Positions 48,544-55,377 of a DNA stretch of 63,346 bases are shown here, in pieces. A model generated the notes under the pieces. The model was not told the origin of the DNA and made no database searches. It worked only from the letters and a program-made list of their open reading frames with translations. The DNA lies in contig JAGOOP010000008.1 in NCBI GenBank assembly GCA_017992455.1, positions 1-63,346 on the forward strand. Reading direction: 5' to 3'. The translations under genes were made by a program, and so were the position numbers. Source of the stretch: Candidatus Omnitrophota bacterium. Lineage in GTDB: Bacteria; Omnitrophota; Gorgyraeia; Gygaellales; Profunditerraquicolaceae. Position 1 is the stretch's first letter. The number at the start of each line of letters is the position of its first letter.

Positions 48544-48546
48544 GGT
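48533..48546 (+). other. 14-nt 23S micro-exon (AACGGTCCTAAGGT, about E. coli 1918-1931) between two introns
   Basis: It is the only rRNA-matching sequence between intron 1 and intron 2. Confidence 0.8.
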
Positions 48547-48740
48547 TAACGTCAAACGCTAGCCTGCTTTGGCAGAGATGCTGAAGAATAATTACCAACT
48601 GTATCGGTGAAACCCGACTCTTGCAAAAGAAGGGCAATACCGAGGGAAGTCGTCAGTGACCCCGTAGAGACTACACGTTGGCTCCTATGCAAATAGGATG
48701 AAGATATAGTCCATGCCAATAGTAATATTGGATTAACATG
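48547..48740 (+). mobile_element. ORF-less minimal group I intron, 23S site about L1931, 194 nt
   Basis: CCTAAGGT|..|AGCGAAATTCC restores CCUAAGGUAGCGAAAUUCC. The intron ends in G. Core motifs GGGAAGTCGT, GTAGAGACTACACG and GAAGATATAGTCC are present. Confidence 0.8.
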
Positions 48741-49310
48741 AGCGAAATTCCTTGTGGGGTAAGTTCCCACGCGCACGAATGGTGTAACAACCTGATCGCT
48801 GTCTCGAAGAGGGACTCGGCGAAATTGTAGTGGCGGTGAAGATGCCGTCTACCCGCATCAAGACGAAAAGACCCCAGAACCTTTACTGCAGCCTATTATT
48901 GGGTTTTGGTTTAAATTGTGTAGCATAGGTGGGAGGCTTTGAGGCCCGGGCGCTAGCTCGGGCGGAGCCGCAATGTGAAATACCACCCTATTTGGACTAA
49001 AATTCTAACCTTCCGGCCTGAATCGACCGGGGGAACAGTGATAGGCGGGCAGTTTGACTGGGGCGGTTCCCTTCTAAAAAGTAACAAAGGGGCCCAAAGG
49101 TTGGCTCAAGCCGGTCGGCAATCGGCTGAGGAGTGTAAGCGCATAAGCCAGCTTAACTGCAAGTCCGACAGGACGCGCAGATACGAAAGTAGGGGCTAAT
49201 GATCCGGTGGTGAAAAGTGGAATTGCCATCGCTCAACGGATAATAGGTACTCTGGGGATAACAGGCTTATCGGGCTCGAGAGTTCACATCGACAGCCCGG
49301 TTTGGCACCT

Positions 49311-49723
49311 CAACATCATGGGGTGGTGCAGGAGCGATCCTGCACATGCATTGGCTAATAACGGTGGAGTCCTTGACGCAAGTCGAGGATAATACCGTGG
49401 GAAGTCGATAGAATAAGCAGTTATTTCAGTGGTCTTTTCTCTTGGTGACAAAAGCATGATGGGTGAAACTAATACTTTGACCTCGAATACATATTCTAGA
49501 AAATGGTTCAAACGTCATTAGACAACCTTTCTGTATTTTGATCGCCTTGAGAAAACCATGTTCTATCTGACCCCGTAACGACTGATTGTGCGGACATTCT
49601 ATCCGGATGTCACCAACGCACATGAGATAGTTGTCAGTACGAGACTATCACACGCCAACTCCGCAACACTGCATAAGCGGATGAAGATATAGTCTAATCC
49701 CACCGGTAACGGTGGATCGATTG
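49311..49723 (+). mobile_element. ORF-less group I intron, 23S site about L2500 (peptidyl-transferase ring), 413 nt
   Basis: GGCACCT|..|CGATGTCGGCTCATC restores GGCACCUCGAUGUCGGCUCAUC. IGS GGGTG (49320-49324) pairs with CACCU. The intron ends in G. Core motifs ACGAGACTATCACACG and GAAGATATAGTCT are present. Confidence 0.8.
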
Positions 49724-49791
49724 CGATGTCGGCTCATCCTATCCTGGGGCTGGATAAGGTCCCAAGGGTCCGGCTGTTCGCCGGTTAAAAG

Positions 49792-49827
<36 letters not shown>

Positions 49828-50571
49828 AAACTGACCGTTGCTGTCTTTAAATCTGGCTATTTGCTGGAAAATCTGGGTATCTCATATTACTAATTGACGA
49901 TATAGTCTCTATATGATACTATGGCGTCGGAAGTGAAAATATATGAGTGCAGATCACCAGCAGGAAAGGCCAAGCGGGATAAAAGAACACTATATCAGTG
50001 GCTTTGTCGATGGAGAAGGCTGCTTCTCGATTACAATTCAGAGAAGCAATAATGTGAGGCTTGGGATTCAAGTAATTCCCGAGTTTCATGTGTCTCAACA
50101 TCAACGAAGAGATGAGGTTCTTTGTGCGATTAAGGAACGATTGGGATGTGGCTATATTAAACCCAATAATCCTAATAATCCAAAAGATCTTACCTCGGTT
50201 TATGTTGTGCGCAATTTAGCCGATATTCGAGACAAAGTTGTGCCATTCTTTAAGAAATATCCTTTGATATCGTCGAAGCAGCAGGACTTTGAGAAGTTTA
50301 ACGAAGTTGTGGCTGCGATGAACAAAGGCGAACACCTGAATAAGAGTGGACTTGCAAAGATATTGAAACTGGCATTCTCGATGAATGACAGTGGAAAATA
50401 TCGCAAGCTGAAAATAGTAGATATATTATCCTATTTGGAATCCTCAGAGACTATACGCCAGAAATCTTCCGCAAGGAGGATCTAAGATATAGTCCGAACT
50501 GCATAGCGATATGCAGAGATTAGCAGAAATGCTTAATCCTTCTACGGTACAATGTAGATGTAACATAATTG
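49828..50571 (+). mobile_element. Group I intron, 23S site about L2604, 744 nt
   Basis: GTGAGACAGT|..|TCGGTCTCTATCTG restores GUGAGACAGUUCGGUC. IGS GCTGTC (49840-49845) pairs with GACAGU. The intron ends in G. It shares AAATCTGGCTAT(A/T)TGCTGGAAAATC with intron 1. Confidence 0.85.
49943..50485 (+). CDS. Single-motif LAGLIDADG homing endonuclease in 23S intron 4 (paralogue of 47998-48543)
   Basis: 'HYISGFVDGEGCF', 'VVPFFKKYPLISSK' and the shared C-terminal 'ESSETIRQ' (read through the P7 core) are present. The TAA stop lies in the J8/7 motif. Confidence 0.8.
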   Translation: MSADHQQERPSGIKEHYISGFVDGEGCFSITIQRSNNVRLGIQVIPEFHVSQHQRRDEVLCAIKERLGCGYIKPNNPNNPKDLTSVYVVRNLADIRDKVVPFFKKYPLISSKQQDFEKFNEVVAAMNKGEHLNKSGLAKILKLAFSMNDSGKYRKLKIVDILSYLESSETIRQKSSARRI

Positions 50572-50954
50572 TCGGTCTCTATCTGATGTGGGCGTTAGGA
50601 TATTTGAAGGGGAGTTCTCCACAGTACGAGAGGACCTGGAGAAGCAGACCTCTGGTGTTCCGGTTGTCCTGCCAAGGGCAAAGGCCGGGTAGCCATGTTC
50701 GTAAGGGATAAGCGCTGAAAGCATCTAAGTGCCAAGCCCACCCCAAGATTAGATATCCCTGGGCCGCAAGGCCCTGAAGGCACCCGGAAGACCACCGGGT
50801 TGATAGGCGAGGTGTGTAAGATCCGTAAGGATTTCAGCTAACTCGTACTAATTGCCAACCGGCTTGACTTTTTTTATAACTCTCAAGGTTATAATGTAGT
50901 TTGACCATAATAATGCAGATGTTGAGTCTTATGTAATATTAATATGACATAAGA

Positions 50955-51054
50955 CGAAATGGTTGCGCATAGATATGCGCAACCATACCAGATCATTGAT
51001 ATATATGTTTGGCGAAATGGTTGTGTGTAGATACACACAACCATACCAGATCAT
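50955..51054 (+). repeat. Two 42-nt direct repeats in the 23S-5S spacer, each a hairpin with compensatory stem changes
   Basis: Copy 1 (50955-50996) is CGAAATGGTTGCGCATAGATATGCGCAACCATACCAGATCAT. Copy 2 (51013-51054) is CGAAATGGTTGTGTGTAGATACACACAACCATACCAGATCAT. Confidence 0.75.
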
Positions 51055-51131
51055 AGCAAAAATTTGGCCCTTTTTCTTTCTAGAAAAAGGACCAAAATTT
51101 TGCAATCGTTACTTAATTATAGCAAAATTTT

Positions 51132-51245
51132 GGAGTGCTCATACCGCGAGGGTCACACCCGTTCCCATTCCGAATACGGTAGTTAAGCCTCGCAGGGCCG
51201 ATGGTAGTGTTTTCGTAAGGATATGCTAGAGTAGGTCGGCGCTCC
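51132..51245 (+). rRNA. rrf: 5S rRNA
   Basis: The terminal helix GGAGTGC/GCGCTCC, CCCGTTCCCATTCCGAA, GCCGATGGTAGTG and AGAGTAGG are present. Confidence 0.85.
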
Positions 51246-51254
51246 TTAAATTCT

Positions 51255-51303
51255 AAAAACGGGGTCAGAATTATTTAATTTAAATAATTCTGACCCCGTT
51301 TTT
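51255..51303 (+). terminator. Strong bidirectional intrinsic terminator ending the rrn operon
   Basis: The 23-bp stem AAAAACGGGGTCAGAATTATTTA / TAAATAATTCTGACCCCGTTTTT has a 3-nt loop and is followed by a T-run. Confidence 0.8.
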
Positions 51304-51366
51304 AGTTTTATAAAAGCAGCGCTTTAAAGGCGGTGAAAACGTTTTCCCAAAGAGGGGTGATTTTCC

Positions 51367-51394
51367 TTGAAATCGGGTAAACTTGCAGTATACT
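51367..51394 (+). promoter_or_regulatory. Sigma70-type promoter (TTGAAA-16 nt-TATACT) upstream of the large secreted protein gene
   Basis: The hexamers lie at 51367-51372 and 51389-51394. Confidence 0.45.
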
Positions 51395-51492
51395 ATATAT
51401 AGAATCGGTAATGCCACGGATTAACAAGCAGGTGCTTGTTGGTTCGTGGTTTTTTTTATTTGCGGCGGCCGGAAATAAATGGGGGGGGACAA

Positions 51493-54400
51493 ATGAGATC
51501 GATCGTATTTGTTATCGCAGCGGTATTCTGTTTTCAGGGTATTGTTCTTGCCGAGGATCTTGTCAATGATCAGACCTCGACGGTCATGCCGGCTACGTCC
51601 CGGAAAAAGAAGCTGAAATCATCCTGGAAGCCCGTGCAGGAAGAGGTCAAGGTGGCGGAGAACGAAGCCGCGTCCGACACAACCGATACGGTCACCGCGG
51701 TGACGATGTCCGATGGCACGATTGTCCGGGAGGTCGGCAGCGATGGAAATTCCATTACCACCCGGGAAACGGCCGTCAACGGCCAGGGGTCGGATTCGTA
51801 TACCTTAAATCTGCAGACAGGGACGATCACCGTCGGCGCTGCGAACGGGTCGTCTGCAGTTATAACCAAGGAGTCTGCTCCTGAGGCATATGAGATCGCT
51901 CTTAATAAGATGGCCGGCACTATTTCAGAAATTCAGGCCCGGAAAGTTCTTTCAGTAGGCGAGGCTGCGTTCCTGAATGATATTCAGAAAACGTTGAGCG
52001 GTTATAAAACAGGCACCATATACGAAGTGACATCGGGGAACGGCCTGGTTCAGGTCACGGTCAGGAATGACGGAACAACGATAACGACGGACGATGTGGC
52101 AATTTCAGCCAAGACGTGGCCCTACCATCTGAATCTCGCAACAGGCGCGATCACGTATATCCCGTATCCGTATTCGCAGGATGATATTGCAAAACAAGTC
52201 ACCCTGACCAGGGCGGGTAATCCCGAGGAATATAAAAATGCGATCCAAAATATGATCGATGATGTCGATTGCGCATTGAATAATTCCGGCGCGTCTGCGC
52301 TTACGGAAAGCCAGAAGGAGTTTCTCAACAGGACCAAGGCAGTATTAACCTCGTATCGGGACGGGACAGCCTTGCCGCCTGCGCGGCCCGGGGACACCGT
52401 GATCGATCCGGCAGTGTGGCAGAAATACTACGCGGAGTATATTGCTTACATCAATGAGCTTGCGCCCGCTGCAAAACAGGATGCATGGGAAGCGCTCGGC
52501 GCTGATATCAGGCAGCTTTCGAAAACGCATCCTGAATTGATCACCGCGCAAGCCATGGCCAAAGTGCTCGGCAGCATTACGCAAGAGCTCAAGACAAAAT
52601 GGAGAAATCAGGATGATACCTATAAGAATATAGATTTCACCAAGGCGCAGACGGACATCCTTGCTGCGGCGTTGAATTTCGTCAAAAGTGATACATTCAA
52701 ATCCATGGGTGACGGCAATAAGGATCTCGTTGCGCTCAATTTTACGCATTTTGGCGTGGAATTGTCGTGGCGAAGCGCCTTCAACGAGACGAACTCGGTT
52801 TTATATCCTAGGATATCCCAGTTCTATCAGATCGTACTTGAGAACAGCTCTACCAACGTCAAAGCTTTTGCGTTCACTCAACTGCTCCATCTTTTCCGAA
52901 CAGATAACTGGGGCTCTGCGGAAGGCAACCGTGCTGTGGCACAACAGCTGCTGAAAGAGGCTCTGGTTATTCCCGGAGGGTTAAAGGGTTTAATGGAGGA
53001 ATTCTCAGCCAATATCAATAACACCGGTCTTGACGTTAATATTAGGGCCTGGATTGCATGCGCTGTTGCTGACCTGGTCTGGCATCAGAAGGATCTGAAT
53101 GCCGCTGCCGGCTCGGAGCTGATCACGAATGCCGTAGCTGCCTCAGCCACGAAATTGCTGTCCGGATTCCTTTCCCAGGTCAATTCAGGGTCGGCTGCAA
53201 TATCAGCCCACCTCAGAAATAATCTGATGCATCATGCAGGATCTGCCTTGAACACGCTTGTCGCAGCGGATAAAAAAGACACCAAGTACGCGCAGGGCCT
53301 GGCTGAGGAGTATATAGGGTTTGCGCAGGATAACTATCTGCTGTCTGCTGAAGACGGCGGCAATGAGAGCCTGCAATCCACAGTCATCAATTGTTTGAAA
53401 AACATAAAGAATCATTACGCAGCCAAGAACGATGCATCAATGGTCATGTTATGCGATCTGGTGCTTATGGAAGGGTCCTTTGACGTCAATGCGTTCCTTA
53501 TGGCAGCGCGCGAAAATATCAAGAAGAACGGCGGAGCTGACCATGAGGCATGGGTCGCGCGGGCAATGGCTGATATCATAACCCTGCATCTGCAGAAAAA
53601 CGCGAACGATATAAGCGACGAGGCCATCAAAGCCGTCGTATCTGACATTAGAGACTGGGTAACGGACAGCAATAATCTGCTTGATATGCGTCAAATGCAG
53701 TATCAGAGAAGGCTGTACGAGGTCCTTGCCGAGCTTGTCACGGAGTTTGCGAATACGAGACCGGGCCTGCTCGAAGATCAGCAGGTGGCCGGTGATTTCC
53801 TCGATATTTTTGCCACCATCCCGGGTCTGAGAGACAGCCTGGTAAAAGAGTTAGCGGCCAAAGCCGTGACTGATGCTGCAGTTAAGCTGCGCGATAAAGA
53901 CTTCGATGCCTTTGCGAACAAGCTGGAGATCAGCCTGTGCCCTGATTCAGCTTCCCTGATGACAAAAGCGTGGGAGTATTATACTGCTAATGACTATAAT
54001 ACTGCAAAGGCGTTTGCCAATGAATGCATATCGCGTTACAGCGAAGAGGCGTTGGAACAGCAGGCATCCTTGAAAGATTTCGCGCCTAAGGGGAAGGAAG
54101 CCGATTACTGGGCCCTTAACGATGTTGGCACTGCGCATTTCGTGCTTGGCGAGATATACAAGGCCCGTAAGAATTATGACAAGGCAAAGGAAGAATATAA
54201 CACCGTAATTAGCCAGCTTGGTTTTGCCCAGTGCTATGATCCTGCGAATAAATCGTATTGGAAAGTAGCAGCGGGCGCTAAGAAATCTCTGGCTGAAATC
54301 GGCAGCAAAGTGGAGTTCTGGACAATGACTCCTCAGGAAGCTGCCCGATATCTTGCGGCGTTAGGCACAGAACAGGCTGCAATCGAGCTCAAGGGTTTCC

Positions 54401-55377
54401 TGGACAGCGGGGACGGCTTTACAGCCAATATCGGCGTGGCAGTCGCAATAGCCGCCGAGATGGGCCCTGTTAAACTCGTGGCTGTTTTGACTGAATTCGA
54501 TAAGCTCGGGGACTATCTTACGGATGCAGGCCGCATACAGGCCTTTGCCAATGCCCTGACAGCACTGGAACCTGCTCAATCCGCGAAGGTGCTGGTTGCG
54601 ACGCGCGCAGGGCAGACCCTCGCAGTGCTCAAGGCAATGAAGAACGAAGATATCGCTGCCATCCTTGAAGCTGTTTCCGCGATGGATCAGAACTCATACA
54701 CGCAGGAGTTCATTCAGAAGATCAAAGACGGCCTTGCTGGCGTGAGCGCAGAAAGATTGGCGAACATCGTCGAAAGCGACAAAATGAGCGTTGCGACAGC
54801 GGTGAAGCTCCTGAAGAGCCTTAAGGTCTCTGACGCTGTCAAGCTTGACGCAGTTCTGACAAAGCTCGATACAATCGCTCCTGAAAGAGCAAGCAGGATA
54901 CGCGAAGCGCTGGACACGAACATCACAGGGTGGGATATCGACGCGAAGCTGGAATGGTACGCGAATGTCGGATCAGCGGTTATTACCACAACCGGCGATG
55001 TGATGGAACTGACGGTTCAGTTGCCGGCGAGCTATAAATATATCTTTGTGTACAACATGACCACTAAGCAGATCAACTGGGATTCCGGCAGTATGACAGG
55101 CGTGGCAAAGAAGTCAGACGCAAATTACCAGTCTAAATTTAACTGGATGACCGGCTATTTAAATAACGCCTATGGATTCGCCGTCGAGCCTGTTGAGAAA
55201 GCCCAACTGCTCGAGGTCCTGGATTATCTTAAGACCGAGACGGGCGCGCAGTGGTGGACCGGGAACGGGACATTCATCCAGAGCGCAGTCAACGGCTTGC
55301 CGGATATCATACAGCAGTCTGATCTGTCAAAGACAGCCATGTCGTTCACCAAGGATTCTTCGGTCAGCCAACCTTGA
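51493..55377 (+). CDS. Large (1294 aa) secreted protein with internal ~100-aa repeats and a TPR-like segment; function unknown
   Basis: An ATG at 51493 gives the signal peptide 'MRSIVFVIAAVFCFQGIVLAEDL'. Repeated modules 'YTLNLQTGTITV..' and 'YHLNLATGAITY..' are present. TPR-like 'AWEYYTANDYNTAKAF..GEIYKARKNYDKAKEEY' and helical repeats 'AARYLAALGTEQAAIEL..' are present. Confidence 0.6.
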   Translation: MRSIVFVIAAVFCFQGIVLAEDLVNDQTSTVMPATSRKKKLKSSWKPVQEEVKVAENEAASDTTDTVTAVTMSDGTIVREVGSDGNSITTRETAVNGQGSDSYTLNLQTGTITVGAANGSSAVITKESAPEAYEIALNKMAGTISEIQARKVLSVGEAAFLNDIQKTLSGYKTGTIYEVTSGNGLVQVTVRNDGTTITTDDVAISAKTWPYHLNLATGAITYIPYPYSQDDIAKQVTLTRAGNPEEYKNAIQNMIDDVDCALNNSGASALTESQKEFLNRTKAVLTSYRDGTALPPARPGDTVIDPAVWQKYYAEYIAYINELAPAAKQDAWEALGADIRQLSKTHPELITAQAMAKVLGSITQELKTKWRNQDDTYKNIDFTKAQTDILAAALNFVKSDTFKSMGDGNKDLVALNFTHFGVELSWRSAFNETNSVLYPRISQFYQIVLENSSTNVKAFAFTQLLHLFRTDNWGSAEGNRAVAQQLLKEALVIPGGLKGLMEEFSANINNTGLDVNIRAWIACAVADLVWHQKDLNAAAGSELITNAVAASATKLLSGFLSQVNSGSAAISAHLRNNLMHHAGSALNTLVAADKKDTKYAQGLAEEYIGFAQDNYLLSAEDGGNESLQSTVINCLKNIKNHYAAKNDASMVMLCDLVLMEGSFDVNAFLMAARENIKKNGGADHEAWVARAMADIITLHLQKNANDISDEAIKAVVSDIRDWVTDSNNLLDMRQMQYQRRLYEVLAELVTEFANTRPGLLEDQQVAGDFLDIFATIPGLRDSLVKELAAKAVTDAAVKLRDKDFDAFANKLEISLCPDSASLMTKAWEYYTANDYNTAKAFANECISRYSEEALEQQASLKDFAPKGKEADYWALNDVGTAHFVLGEIYKARKNYDKAKEEYNTVISQLGFAQCYDPANKSYWKVAAGAKKSLAEIGSKVEFWTMTPQEAARYLAALGTEQAAIELKGFLDSGDGFTANIGVAVAIAAEMGPVKLVAVLTEFDKLGDYLTDAGRIQAFANALTALEPAQSAKVLVATRAGQTLAVLKAMKNEDIAAILEAVSAMDQNSYTQEFIQKIKDGLAGVSAERLANIVESDKMSVATAVKLLKSLKVSDAVKLDAVLTKLDTIAPERASRIREALDTNITGWDIDAKLEWYANVGSAVITTTGDVMELTVQLPASYKYIFVYNMTTKQINWDSGSMTGVAKKSDANYQSKFNWMTGYLNNAYGFAVEPVEKAQLLEVLDYLKTETGAQWWTGNGTFIQSAVNGLPDIIQQSDLSKTAMSFTKDSSVSQP

